A DNA stretch of 64,000 nucleotides from Spirochaetia bacterium (lineage in GTDB: Bacteria > Spirochaetota > Spirochaetia > UBA9216), in contig CAXXYH010000004.1 in assembly GCA_963677925.2 (NCBI GenBank), positions 1,120,001 to 1,184,000 of the forward strand, given 5' to 3'. The stretch's first letter is position 1; each line of letters begins with the position of its first letter. The position numbers and the translations under genes are program-made. The notes beneath the pieces are model-generated. The model did no database searches. It saw only the letters and a program-made list of their open reading frames with translations, and had not been told where the DNA came from. Of the stretch, positions 10,603 to 20,735 are shown one piece after another.

Positions 10603-11379
10603 TCAGATACTCCCGATATTCTTTGCAATTTCCTCTGCGGTTTTAATAGTAGCTTTTTTCAGCTCTTCCGTTTCAAGAGCCCTGTTCAGCTGCGACTCTA
10701 TGCAGCATAGCGAAAGCGCCGCTTTCAGCGGGGCAGAATCAGAACCTATGATAACCGCAATATCCGTAACTCCGGCTGTTAGAGTGCTTTTTCTAACTAT
10801 ATAGCGGTTTTTATTGATCTCGTCTATCAGCTTAAGCTCTTGCAGCTTTGCTTCTTCGGACATGTTCTGATATTCATTTAACTGTTGGAGAATTTGTAAT
10901 CGGTTTTCCGGATTGTACTGGGCCAGGAGAGTTCTGCCTGAGGTTGTAGCCAGAAGCGGATATGTTCTTCCTTCTTCCATCGATACGGAAATCGGTCCCG
11001 GGCTCAGTGTAGGGGCTACAATCATAATCTGATTTTCATGCATGACTGTAATGTGACTGGCCTGATTTGCAAATGCTGAAAGTTTTTTCATCAGCGGTCT
11101 GGCCGCTTCTCTAAGTTTTTCAATAGGTGAGTGGCAGTGCGAGAGGTTGTACAGTTTGAGCGTCATCTGGTAGCAGCCTGTTGCCGAATCCCTGCTTATG
11201 TATCCCCGCTCATCAAGACACATCAGCATTCTGTAGATTTCGTTAGGATTGCGGTTTGTGCCCTTTGCTATATCGGTCTGTGTAAGGGGTTCGGCTGATG
11301 ACGCCAGGAACTCAAGGATTTCCAGGCCCTTCTCAAGGGCGGGAGCGCTGTACTTCATCTTCTTATCATCTGTACTCAT
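10603..11379 (-). CDS. IclR-family transcriptional regulator
   Basis: YSAPALEKGLEILEFLA HTH; TTSGRTLLA effector-domain motif; divergent from the sugar-acid operon. Confidence 0.93.
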   Translation of the reverse strand: MSTDDKKMKYSAPALEKGLEILEFLASSAEPLTQTDIAKGTNRNPNEIYRMLMCLDERGYISRDSATGCYQMTLKLYNLSHCHSPIEKLREAARPLMKKLSAFANQASHITVMHENQIMIVAPTLSPGPISVSMEEGRTYPLLATTSGRTLLAQYNPENRLQILQQLNEYQNMSEEAKLQELKLIDEINKNRYIVRKSTLTAGVTDIAVIIGSDSAPLKAALSLCCIESQLNRALETEELKKATIKTAEEIAKNIGSI

Positions 11380-11467
11380 GCTTCATGATATCCGGTTACT
11401 GCAATATTGAAAATAGCTGATTGACAGGAATCAAATTAGAAGTCAATATTTGTAAATAAAAATATTA

Positions 11468-11479
11468 TTCATATATGAA
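11468..11479. promoter_or_regulatory. Candidate IclR operator
   Basis: Perfect palindrome TTCATATATGAA between the divergent genes. Confidence 0.5.
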
Positions 11480-11505
11480 ATATGTATAATTACCCAGGAG
11501 CTGCT

Positions 11506-12546
11506 ATGAAAGCATTCAGAATATTTGAACCGGGGATAACAGGCATTACTGAAGAGCCTGAAATTGATATAATTGAAGATGATGAAGTTCTTCTGAGGCT
11601 GGTTAAGGTCGGGTTCTGCGGAAGCGATTTGAGCACCTTCAGGGGGCTGAACCCTAATGTAAGTTATCCGCGAATTCCCGGGCATGAGATAGCCGCAGTG
11701 GTCATCAGGAAAGGGAAGGATGTGCCGGACTCAATAACCGGTGGGCAGCGGGTTTCTGTTCTTCCATACACAAGCTGCGGAAAGTGTTCATCCTGCCTGT
11801 GCGGCCGGACTAATGCCTGTAAAGACAATCAGACCCTCGGCGTCCAGCGTGAGGGAGCTATGACAGAGTACATCACCGCCCCGTATACAAAATTGATAAC
11901 TGGTGTGGATGAACTGAGTTTTTCAGATATCGCACTTATTGAACCCCTGTCGGTCGGTTTTCATGCGGCCAGGCGGGCAGAAGTAAGCTCCGGTGAATAT
12001 GTCCTGGTTTTCGGCTGCGGCCTTGTCGGTCTGGGCGTAATTTCCAGAGCTGCAGGTGCGGGAGGCCGGGTAATAGCAGTCGATATTGATGATGACAAGC
12101 TGAAGCTGGCTGAAGCGATGGGTGCATCCTATGTGATCAACAGCAGAACTGAAAAACTTATAGGACGGGTTTCGGCCATAACAGGCGGGCATGGACCTGC
12201 CGCTGTTATTGAAGCCATTGGACTTAATGAAACCTATCTTGCATCTATAGAACTCGCTGCATACTGCGGGAGAGTCGTCTATGTGGGATATGCGAAGATG
12301 CCGATTGAATATGACACAAAGCAGTTTATACTCAAGGAGCTTCAGATTCGGGGCTCACGAAATGCCGAACGTAAAGATTTTGAGGATGTCCTTTCATATA
12401 TTGCCGATGGAAAGATTCCGGTAAATAAACTGGTTTCAGATGATGTTACAATGGAACAGGCTGGAAAAGCCCTGGTAGACTGGTCTGCGGATCCCGGGTC
12501 TGTTTCAAAGATCCTGGTAACAATAGCCGATGAGAAAAGCATTTGA
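11506..12546 (+). CDS. Zn-dependent dehydrogenase, L-galactonate 5-dehydrogenase (LgoD/YjjN)-like
   Basis: CGSD, GHE, CxxCxxC-x7-C, GCGLVG; clustered with uxaB and uxaA. Confidence 0.85.
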   Translation: MKAFRIFEPGITGITEEPEIDIIEDDEVLLRLVKVGFCGSDLSTFRGLNPNVSYPRIPGHEIAAVVIRKGKDVPDSITGGQRVSVLPYTSCGKCSSCLCGRTNACKDNQTLGVQREGAMTEYITAPYTKLITGVDELSFSDIALIEPLSVGFHAARRAEVSSGEYVLVFGCGLVGLGVISRAAGAGGRVIAVDIDDDKLKLAEAMGASYVINSRTEKLIGRVSAITGGHGPAAVIEAIGLNETYLASIELAAYCGRVVYVGYAKMPIEYDTKQFILKELQIRGSRNAERKDFEDVLSYIADGKIPVNKLVSDDVTMEQAGKALVDWSADPGSVSKILVTIADEKSI

Positions 12547-14035
12547 GGTTATACAAATGGATTTCCTGAACAGAAAAGATCTGAATATATCACAGCATCC
12601 AGAGAGGATTCTTCAGTTCGGCGAGGGTAATTTCCTGCGCTGCTTTTTCGACTGGCAGATAGATATCCTCAACGAGAAGTGCGGACTTGATGCCGGGGTT
12701 CTTGTAGTAAAGCCCCGGAATACTCCGCGTCCGCTTGATCTGAACAGCCAGGACGGACTCTATACATCCATTATCAGGGGATATGATGATGAGGGTTTGC
12801 TTCGCAATGAAAAGCGTCTTATTACCTGTATAAACCGGGAGATTTCAGTCTACAGTCAGTTTGATGAATATCTTGCAGCAGCGGCCAATCCAAAGCTTCG
12901 CTTTATCATTTCAAATACCACCGAGGCTGGAATTGTTTTCAATCCTGATGACAAATATGAGGACCGGCCCCAGTCTTCTTTTCCGGCAAAACTTACAAGG
13001 TTTCTGCATCAGCGGTATCTTGATTTCAAAGGTTCCGCAGGGTCGGGACTTATCCTGATACCCTGTGAACTGATTGATTATAACGGAGAAGCGCTTAAGG
13101 AAATTGTGCTTAAATATGCCGGTATATGGGAATTAGAAAAAGGATTCACAAACTGGCTTTTAAGCTCAAATACATTCTGTTCGACTCTCGTAGACCGTAT
13201 TGTAACAGGATATCCGGATGACGAGGTTCAGGTACTCACGGATGAGCTTGGATATAAAGATAATTTCATAACGGCCGGCGAATATTTTCATCTTTTTGTT
13301 ATACAGGGGCCGGCAGAGGTCCAGGAAGCACTTAAACTTTCAGGCAGCGGACTTGATGTAAGGTTTGCGGATGATTTAAAGCCTTATAAACAGAGAAAGG
13401 TTGGAATTCTAAACGGATGTCATACTGCCCTGGTTCCGGTTGCCTGGCTTTGCGGCTTTGAGACCGTAGGGGCCGCGGTTGCAGACAGCAGACTTTCAGA
13501 GTTTTTAAGCCGCCTTCTTGAAGCTGAAATCATCCCCGGACTCGTCTCTCCGGTTGCAGGACTGACTGAAGCGGAGCTGATGCAATACGCGGAGAGTGTG
13601 ATTGCCAGATTCAAAAACCCGTTTATAAACCATCAGCTTCTATCCATTTCACTTAATTCAATGACCAAGTTCAAGACGAGGCTTTTACCGCAGTTTCTTG
13701 AATACAACCTTACGAACGGCAAGCTTCCGCCTCTTATCTCCCTGTCTCTTGCTGCACTTGCCGTGTTTTACAGGGGAGAACTTGACGAAAGGACATGGCC
13801 GGTAAGCGATGATGAGGAGTTTATTGAGCTTTTCAGCCGCCTATGGAAGGATGGTGCTCAGCCGAATGAAGATCCCTCACTCAGGGCGGCTTCTGTTGCT
13901 TCCGGTATACTTGGACTCGATGCACACTGGGGGGTATCTCTAGGAAGCATGGCCGGACTGCAGGAAAAGTTGACTGAGAATATACTGAGCATATTGCGCA
14001 ATGGAATGCGGGAAACCCTGGAGGCCTGCCTGTGA
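12530..14035 (+). CDS. uxaB: Tagaturonate reductase (altronate oxidoreductase)
   Basis: ILQFGEGNFLR, SNTTEAGI, LVDRIVTGYP, RFKNPFINHQLLSISLNS. Confidence 0.95.
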   Translation: MRKAFEVIQMDFLNRKDLNISQHPERILQFGEGNFLRCFFDWQIDILNEKCGLDAGVLVVKPRNTPRPLDLNSQDGLYTSIIRGYDDEGLLRNEKRLITCINREISVYSQFDEYLAAAANPKLRFIISNTTEAGIVFNPDDKYEDRPQSSFPAKLTRFLHQRYLDFKGSAGSGLILIPCELIDYNGEALKEIVLKYAGIWELEKGFTNWLLSSNTFCSTLVDRIVTGYPDDEVQVLTDELGYKDNFITAGEYFHLFVIQGPAEVQEALKLSGSGLDVRFADDLKPYKQRKVGILNGCHTALVPVAWLCGFETVGAAVADSRLSEFLSRLLEAEIIPGLVSPVAGLTEAELMQYAESVIARFKNPFINHQLLSISLNSMTKFKTRLLPQFLEYNLTNGKLPPLISLSLAALAVFYRGELDERTWPVSDDEEFIELFSRLWKDGAQPNEDPSLRAASVASGILGLDAHWGVSLGSMAGLQEKLTENILSILRNGMRETLEACL

Positions 14036-15510
14036 AAAAGGAGCTGTTCATCCTTGATAAATCCGACAATGTCGGGGTAACCTTCACAGCTCTGCAGTCG
14101 AGGCAGGAGTCTTCAGCCATAATCCCTGCAGGACATAAAGTTGCTTTATGTGACATTCCCGCCGGCGCCGCCGTAATAAAGTACGGGGCAGTTATAGGCT
14201 ATGCGACTGTCGATATATATGAAGGCGGCCACGTTCATATCCATAACCTGAAAACCGGACTGTCCGACAAATCAGTCTATGAAAAACATGACTACCGTCA
14301 GCCCGACGCAGCCCTTCCCGTATCAGGCCGTCCGCTCATGCTTTACCGACGCGGCAAGACGAAATGTGGAATACGAAATGAGCTCTGGGTTGTTCCGACA
14401 GTCGGCTGTGTCAACGGAACTGCCGCCAGTATTGTCCGCAGGTTTATTGACCGGTACAATGAAAACGGGCTGCCGGGAATTGACGGGGTTTTCAGCTTCC
14501 CCCATCCCTATGGCTGTTCCCAGCTTGGTGATGATCATACCCGTACCAGAACACTGCTTCAAAACCTGGTTCTGCACCCTAATGCGGGAGGAGTTATTGT
14601 GCTGGGGCTCGGCTGTGAGAATAACCAGATAAAAACTTTCAGGGAAACCCTGCCGGATGATGCCGATTTTGAGCGGCTTGAGTTTCTTGAATCACAGTCG
14701 GTGGAGGATGAGATTGAGGCCGGAGTTGAAGCGCTCAGCCGCCTGTATGAGAAGGCCAAAGATGATAAAAGAACCCAAGGGCAATGGTCTGATCTTGTCA
14801 TCGGTCTTGAATGCGGGGGGTCGGATGCACTCTCGGGAATTACGGCTAACCCCTTAATCGGAAGAGTCAGTGACAGGATTATTGCCTCCGGCGGCAGCAC
14901 TGTACTCACCGAAGTTCCGGAGATGTTCGGAGCTGAAAATGTACTGTTAAAACAGTGTCCTGATGATGAACTGTTCAGCCGTACTGCAGAAATGATAAAT
15001 CAGTGGAAGACTTATTATACCGCGCACAATCTGCCTGTTTATGAAAACCCCTCTCCGGGCAATAAAGCCGGCGGAATTACCACGCTTGAAGAGAAATCGC
15101 TTGGATGCATCAGAAAAGCGGGAAGTTCTGCAATAGTGGATGTAGCAGGAATGGAGGAACGGATTTCAAGGCAGGGACTTAATCTTCTGCATGCTCCGGG
15201 GAATGACATAGTTGCAACCACCCTGCTCGGCACCGCGGGCTGCCAGCTTGTGCTTTTTTCAACAGGAAGAGGAACTCCGCTTGGCGGGTTTATTCCCACC
15301 CTCAAGATTTCAAGCAGCACTGAGCTATATGGGCGTAAAAAACACTGGATAGATTTTAATGCCGGCATAATTGCCGAAGGAATCCCCGCCGAAAAGGCTG
15401 CAGAACTCCTGCTTGACCGGCTGGCTGCAGTTGTAAACGGAGAAGAAACAGCCGCCGAGCAAAACGGAATCAGGGAAATTGCACTGTTCAAAGACGGCGT
15501 TACTCTTTAA
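14032..15510 (+). CDS. uxaA: Altronate dehydratase
   Basis: SAF domain (GHKVAL), PTVGCVN, HPYGCSQLGDD, NPSPGNKAGG. Confidence 0.95.
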   Translation: MKKELFILDKSDNVGVTFTALQSRQESSAIIPAGHKVALCDIPAGAAVIKYGAVIGYATVDIYEGGHVHIHNLKTGLSDKSVYEKHDYRQPDAALPVSGRPLMLYRRGKTKCGIRNELWVVPTVGCVNGTAASIVRRFIDRYNENGLPGIDGVFSFPHPYGCSQLGDDHTRTRTLLQNLVLHPNAGGVIVLGLGCENNQIKTFRETLPDDADFERLEFLESQSVEDEIEAGVEALSRLYEKAKDDKRTQGQWSDLVIGLECGGSDALSGITANPLIGRVSDRIIASGGSTVLTEVPEMFGAENVLLKQCPDDELFSRTAEMINQWKTYYTAHNLPVYENPSPGNKAGGITTLEEKSLGCIRKAGSSAIVDVAGMEERISRQGLNLLHAPGNDIVATTLLGTAGCQLVLFSTGRGTPLGGFIPTLKISSSTELYGRKKHWIDFNAGIIAEGIPAEKAAELLLDRLAAVVNGEETAAEQNGIREIALFKDGVTL

Positions 15511-15577
15511 CGCAGAAGTAACACAGCAGCCCGCCCCCCGCGTTGACAATATATGAAAATACGAATACCCTCATATC

Positions 15578-16159
15578 ATGAATCTTCCAACTAAAATAAC
15601 CGTTTTCAGAATCATATTAGCGCCGGTATTTATCATTATCTACATGCTCCCCGAACAGACCGGCAGTTTCATGGGATTATCGGTTGCAATTATGCTTCCG
15701 CTGTTTGTCCTCATGGAGATATCCGATGCTCTGGACGGACACATCGCCAGAAAATACAACATGGTTACAGATCTCGGCAAGATCCTCGACCCGTTTTCGG
15801 ACGTAATAAGCCGGGTAACCTTCTTTATATGCTTTACCTTTACCGGAATCATGCCCCTCTGGGCCTTTGTAATTATCATCTACCGTGAGCTCGGAATCAC
15901 ATTCCTTCGTATGATGATGATGGGCAAGGGAACTGCAATGGCGGCAAGCATCTGGGGCAAGGCCAAGGCAATCACCTATACAATAGCCGGTATAGCAGGA
16001 CTTCTTGTTACATCGTTCAACAGGCTTGAATACTATCCCGACTGGATGCCTCTGTTCGGAACTGTAACCTATATACTTTTTGCGCTGGCAGCTATCTCCT
16101 CAGCTCTTTCTTTTCTTACCTATTTTGCAAGTGCCCGGAAAGTCCTGAAGGGCAGCTGA
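15578..16159 (+). CDS. pgsA: CDP-diacylglycerol--glycerol-3-phosphate 3-phosphatidyltransferase
   Basis: DALDGHIARKYNMVTDLGKILDPFSD CDP-alcohol phosphotransferase motif. Confidence 0.92.
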   Translation: MNLPTKITVFRIILAPVFIIIYMLPEQTGSFMGLSVAIMLPLFVLMEISDALDGHIARKYNMVTDLGKILDPFSDVISRVTFFICFTFTGIMPLWAFVIIIYRELGITFLRMMMMGKGTAMAASIWGKAKAITYTIAGIAGLLVTSFNRLEYYPDWMPLFGTVTYILFALAAISSALSFLTYFASARKVLKGS

Positions 16160-16276
16160 AGCACAAGGGCTGAACAGCTGCAGAGCAGCAGCCGTCCAGT
16201 CCGGAACACTGAACCCGCAGCCCTGCATCGCTGCGGGGAGCTGGGTACAAATCCCTGCACAAGGAAATGCATCAAA

Positions 16277-17065
16277 GTGAAAAATGTAAAAGAGTTTCTT
16301 TCAGACTGCCCTCAAAAGATAAAGTATGTACTTACCGATATCGATGATACCCTGACAGAGGAAGGAAAACTTGGCGCAGATGCATATTCAGCCCTGTGGA
16401 GGCTGCATGATGCGGGCTTTACAGTGATCCCTGTAACCGGACGTCCGGCAGGCTGGTGCGATATGATAATCCGCCAGTGGCCTGTTGATGCAGTAATAGG
16501 TGAGAACGGCGCCTTTGTCTACTATTTTGAAGACCATCAGCTTAAGACCTACACACACCCCTCAGTTGCTGATACCGATGTGAGAAAGAAGCTTGATGAT
16601 GTATACGATGCAGTAAAGACTGAAATTCCCCTGGTCCGGAAGGCAAAAGATCAGTTTGCAAGAATCTATGATCTTGCAATTGATTTCAACGAGGATCCTC
16701 CGCGGCTCGGCTATGAAGCGGCCGGACGGATTAAGGATATATGTGAGGCCCAGGGCGCGATAGCCAAGGTCAGCTCGATTCATGTAAACACCTGGTTCGG
16801 TGATTATTCAAAGATAGGAATGGCAGAGCTCTTTATGAAATACCGCTACGGCCTTGATTCTGATGCTTTTAAACAATCCTCCGTCTTCTGCGGTGACTCT
16901 CCCAACGATGAGCCTATGTTCAACTTCCTGCCTTACTCCTTCGCCGTAGCCAATATCCGCGACTTTGATGATATGCTCGTCCACCGTCCTGCCTACATCG
17001 CAGACTCAAGAGGAGGAAGCGGCTTTGTAGAAATTTCTGATGTGCTTATAAACAGCATCAGCTGA
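16277..17065 (+). CDS. HAD-superfamily subfamily IIB hydrolase
   Basis: DIDDTL, VTGR, GDSPND motifs. Confidence 0.9.
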   Translation: MKNVKEFLSDCPQKIKYVLTDIDDTLTEEGKLGADAYSALWRLHDAGFTVIPVTGRPAGWCDMIIRQWPVDAVIGENGAFVYYFEDHQLKTYTHPSVADTDVRKKLDDVYDAVKTEIPLVRKAKDQFARIYDLAIDFNEDPPRLGYEAAGRIKDICEAQGAIAKVSSIHVNTWFGDYSKIGMAELFMKYRYGLDSDAFKQSSVFCGDSPNDEPMFNFLPYSFAVANIRDFDDMLVHRPAYIADSRGGSGFVEISDVLINSIS

Positions 17066-17067
17066 CT

Positions 17068-18000
17068 GTGACGGGAGGATATGAAGTGGATGAGATAATC
17101 AGATGGCTTCTTGAAGGCGATGCCTCGATCGCGTATCAGACCTGCCGTGACCTTCTTGATACAGACAGACCTGAACTTCAGATAAAAGCCGCTGGCGAGG
17201 GGTGGGGTAAAATTCTTCTTGATGCACAGCGTCCCGACGGTCACTGGGGCCTGAAGTTCTATCAGCCCAAATGGACATCTACCCACTATACGCTGCTGGA
17301 TTTACGCAACCTGTGCATTCCTGCTGAAACTCCAGCAGTGCAGGAAACTGTTGAAATGCTTCTGGAGCAGGAGAAGGGTGTGGATGGAGGAATAAATCCG
17401 CCCGGATCTGTAAAACAGAGTGACGTCTGTTTAAACGGAATGTTTCTGAATTATGCCTGCTATTTTAATGCTGATCCTGAAAAGCTTGTATCAGTAATTG
17501 ATTATATGCTTGATCAGAGACTTCCAGACGGCGGATATAACTGTCAGTTTAACCGCAAAGGTGCTGTTCACAGCTCACTGCATTCCAGTCTTTCCGTAGC
17601 CGAAGGCTTCACCGAATACCTGAAAAACGGCTACTCCTACCGAGCCGATGAAATCAAAAGCTCTCTCGGCGGGATTCGTGATTTTATCTTTCGGCACAGA
17701 CTGTTCCGTTCAGATCGAACCGGTGAAATAATTAAGAAAGATTTCCTCCGTTTTCCGTATCCGCCGAGATGGCGTTATGACATTCTGCGGGCAATGGATT
17801 ATTTCAGGTATTCGGAAACGCTTTACGCCCCGGCTATGGATGAAGCAATAGCTATAATCAAAAGCAAGCAAAAACCTCCCGGTCACTGGAACGCCCAGGC
17901 CTCCCTGCCGGGGCAGGTTCACATTCATTTTGAACAGGCTGGCACCCCCGGCAGGTGGAATACGCTGCGGGCTCTTCGTCTACTTAAATTTTATTGCTGA
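17068..18000 (+). CDS. Hypothetical protein with a prenyltransferase/squalene cyclase-like fold
   Basis: Repeated QxxDGxW-like motifs (QRPDGHW, QRLPDGGY); conserved YDILRAMDYF. Confidence 0.7.
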   Translation: MTGGYEVDEIIRWLLEGDASIAYQTCRDLLDTDRPELQIKAAGEGWGKILLDAQRPDGHWGLKFYQPKWTSTHYTLLDLRNLCIPAETPAVQETVEMLLEQEKGVDGGINPPGSVKQSDVCLNGMFLNYACYFNADPEKLVSVIDYMLDQRLPDGGYNCQFNRKGAVHSSLHSSLSVAEGFTEYLKNGYSYRADEIKSSLGGIRDFIFRHRLFRSDRTGEIIKKDFLRFPYPPRWRYDILRAMDYFRYSETLYAPAMDEAIAIIKSKQKPPGHWNAQASLPGQVHIHFEQAGTPGRWNTLRALRLLKFYC

Positions 18001-18042
18001 TTCGTCACAGGTCTGCTAATATAAAATAAAACGGATAAAGTA

Positions 18043-19116
18043 TTGGCAGTTGAAATCGTTTATGAAGAAAATAATAAAATTGGTATAATTTTCCCTTTTG
18101 ATGCCCAGATTCTGGATATTGTACGCACAATACCCGGAAGACAATGGCAGCCCGCAAATAAAAAATGGACATTTCCGGATACTGATGCAAATATGCAGCA
18201 TTTTCTCTTATCATTATATAAAACCGGCAGGTTTAATGTGGATGAGAAGGCTCTCGAAAATCAGGAACCGTCTCATAGCCGCTATTTGGAAAAAATGCTT
18301 CAGTATCTAAAGCTTAGAGACTATAGTCCTCATACTATTGAAACGTATAAGATGCAGCTCAAGTGGTTCTTTGATAGAACAGAACTTTCTCCTTCAGAAG
18401 TCACGACCGAGGATATCAAATTATATCTGGAGAAAATGCGGACACTGGCGGGGTGTTCAAGAACATACTTTGTACAATGTGTGAGCGCCCTGAAAAGCTT
18501 CTATAAGTATGGTTATCCCGGCGGTCTGTTTAATCCTGCAGCATCGATTCCCATGCCGAAAAAAGAAAAGAAGTATCCGGATATTCTATCCAGGGAAGAA
18601 GTGAAGAAGATAATAACATCTCCGTCGAATATTAAGCACCGATTGCTATTATCATTAATATACTCTGCAGGTCTCCGAGTAAGCGAAGCCGTTATAATAC
18701 AGTTGCAGGATATTGATACCGATAGGAAAGTAATTCATATCAGGCAGGCAAAAGGACGAAAAGATAGATATGTAATGCTTTCAACTGAGATTATTAATAT
18801 GATTAATCAATACAGATCCAAAGTGATGGTGCATACATGGCTTTTTCCTGGCAGTGCAGGTGCGGATACCCATCTTGCTACAAGATCTGCACAGAATGCC
18901 TTTTATAAAGCTATAGAAGCAACAGGTATCGAAAAAAATGTAAGTATACATTCTTTAAGACATGCCTTTGCCACTCATCTGTTGGAAAACGGTACAGACC
19001 TGAGATATATTCAGGAGCTCTTAGGTCACCGTGATCCAAAAACAACACAGATTTATACACATGTAAGTACTAAAGACCTAAAAAATATAAATAGTCCACT
19101 GGACGGGTTATTATGA
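18043..19116 (+). CDS. Tyrosine recombinase, putative non-canonical integron integrase
   Basis: SAM-like domain (YSPHTIETY); catalytic R (GLRVSE), K (AKGRKDR), HxxR (HSLRH), H (LLGH), Y (TQIYTHV); directly abuts the cassette array. Confidence 0.93.
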   Translation: MAVEIVYEENNKIGIIFPFDAQILDIVRTIPGRQWQPANKKWTFPDTDANMQHFLLSLYKTGRFNVDEKALENQEPSHSRYLEKMLQYLKLRDYSPHTIETYKMQLKWFFDRTELSPSEVTTEDIKLYLEKMRTLAGCSRTYFVQCVSALKSFYKYGYPGGLFNPAASIPMPKKEKKYPDILSREEVKKIITSPSNIKHRLLLSLIYSAGLRVSEAVIIQLQDIDTDRKVIHIRQAKGRKDRYVMLSTEIINMINQYRSKVMVHTWLFPGSAGADTHLATRSAQNAFYKAIEATGIEKNVSIHSLRHAFATHLLENGTDLRYIQELLGHRDPKTTQIYTHVSTKDLKNINSPLDGLL

Positions 19117-19190
19117 ATAACAGGTTTATAAGGATTTAAGCTGGAGGGTTATATGAATGATATACCAGTTTATAATTCTGAGTTTATATG
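19105..19190 (+). promoter_or_regulatory. Putative attI-like primary recombination site
   Basis: Repeated GTT(T)ATA motifs (gggttattatgaat..gtttataa and gggttatatgaat..gtttataa); the first cassette left end TTATATGCAATGGACCCGAC starts at about 19184. Confidence 0.6.
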
Positions 19191-19265
19191 CAATGGACCC
19201 GACAAGAGGAAGACGCCCGGACCTCCGGCCGACGGGCGAAGAGACATAAAGGTGGGGGATTTTTT

Positions 19266-20735
19266 ATGCAAGATTTATATATAAAATATAATAAGAAAGA
19301 TAATAAAATTGATTTTGGGCAAACAAAAGGCTCAATAATCGAGATTACTATAAAGCCACCTTCAATCGTTAAAGAAACAAAAGAAACAGGCATAACGAGA
19401 ATATCTGCTATTCAAGAAGATTTTGATAATCTAATTTCGGGAAAGAAGATGATTGACGTTAATAAAACGACTCTCGAACATTGTTATATCTTGGATAAAA
19501 AGGATCCTTACCGATTAGCGGCGACAAATTTTATTTTAAAAAATGAAAAGGATATTGAAGAATATAGTGAAATTCCAAAAGAAAATGATGCTGGTATATA
19601 TAAAAACTATGTAAAAGCATTTTTAGAAGAATTTACAAGATGTACGAAACACATTCCGTTTGCTGAAAAAATTAAAGTCTATCCTTTACCATTGTTGACT
19701 CCATGTAATGTGGAAGTATTAGTAGGTAAAGATGGTGTGTGCTTTATTTTCTCATCAGAAAGTAGACCTGAAAAAGTAAGTGTTTCCTTAGATATAAATA
19801 AAATAATAGAGGAACTTCTTCTGCCTCATCCTACTAATAGAAGATATTCATCATATGGACCTAATACTATTTTTAATTTTATCTGCTCAGATGAGAATTT
19901 TATACATGTGGTAGGGGATGGGAATGCGTTTTTAGATTCTATGCTAGGGAATCCAGTATTTTTGATTTTTGAAAAATCGTTTCATGGTTATTATTCCAAT
20001 ATGAATTTTATAAGAAATTATCCTGATACGGGACTTCAAGTTAAAAAGAAAGTTGAATATTGTGAAATATTTGGTAATAACCATATCTCTAACTTTTCAC
20101 TTGAAAACGCAAGGAGTAGAGCTAGGATAGTTGCGTATAAATCAATTTTGAGTAGTGTTACAGGAAATGTTAATAAAGTAGAAGAACTTAAAAATGTCTT
20201 GATAGAATTGAAAAACAAAATAAACAATGATGTCGGTGAAATAGAAATTGAGAAATTTATTGATTCAAATAAATGGATTTTAGAGAAAGGGATAGGGTGT
20301 CAAAAATATTTTTCACAAATTTCGATACCGAAAGATTTATTATATGATGCTGATGGTGGAATTAAACCTGATAAATATATGATGAATAATGACGGATATT
20401 GTGATATTTTAGATTTAAAAAAACCATCAGCCAAACTAATTGTAATAAAGAATAACCGCAGTCATCAATCTAGTTCTTTAACCGAAGCGGAGGCACAAAT
20501 TGATAAATATATTGATTTCTCTCGTGAACCAAAGGTTAGAGATTATTTATTAACGCTTAATATAAAAATTACGAAACCTGATGGAATTGTATTGATTGGG
20601 AGAACCCCGAAGGAATATTTAAAAGAATGGATTGATATAAAAAAGAGATTACAAATAAAAGTATATACTTATGATGATTTAGTTAATAATTTGGATAATT
20701 TAATTGATTGGATAGATAAGATTCTTACAATTTGA
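19266..20735 (+). CDS. Cassette 1: Shedu (SduA/DUF4263)-like anti-phage nuclease
   Basis: C-terminal EKFIDSNKWIL...KPD...ILDLKKP...LTEAEAQ...PDGIVLIGR...VYTYDDL; RBS ggtggggg before ATG 19266. Confidence 0.75.
   Translation: MQDLYIKYNKKDNKIDFGQTKGSIIEITIKPPSIVKETKETGITRISAIQEDFDNLISGKKMIDVNKTTLEHCYILDKKDPYRLAATNFILKNEKDIEEYSEIPKENDAGIYKNYVKAFLEEFTRCTKHIPFAEKIKVYPLPLLTPCNVEVLVGKDGVCFIFSSESRPEKVSVSLDINKIIEELLLPHPTNRRYSSYGPNTIFNFICSDENFIHVVGDGNAFLDSMLGNPVFLIFEKSFHGYYSNMNFIRNYPDTGLQVKKKVEYCEIFGNNHISNFSLENARSRARIVAYKSILSSVTGNVNKVEELKNVLIELKNKINNDVGEIEIEKFIDSNKWILEKGIGCQKYFSQISIPKDLLYDADGGIKPDKYMMNNDGYCDILDLKKPSAKLIVIKNNRSHQSSSLTEAEAQIDKYIDFSREPKVRDYLLTLNIKITKPDGIVLIGRTPKEYLKEWIDIKKRLQIKVYTYDDLVNNLDNLIDWIDKILTI

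Noticed and set aside
18043-19116. Housekeeping XerC/XerD or prophage integrase call
   Set aside because: It has an extra N-terminal domain, no phage genes or tRNA att site nearby, and directly abuts the cassette array. A XerA-like family match cannot be excluded without a search.
19188-19265. ORF-track start of the cassette 1 protein at 19188
   Set aside because: This stretch is the terminal repeat and conserved 5' hairpin shared with other cassettes; ATG 19266 has an RBS.
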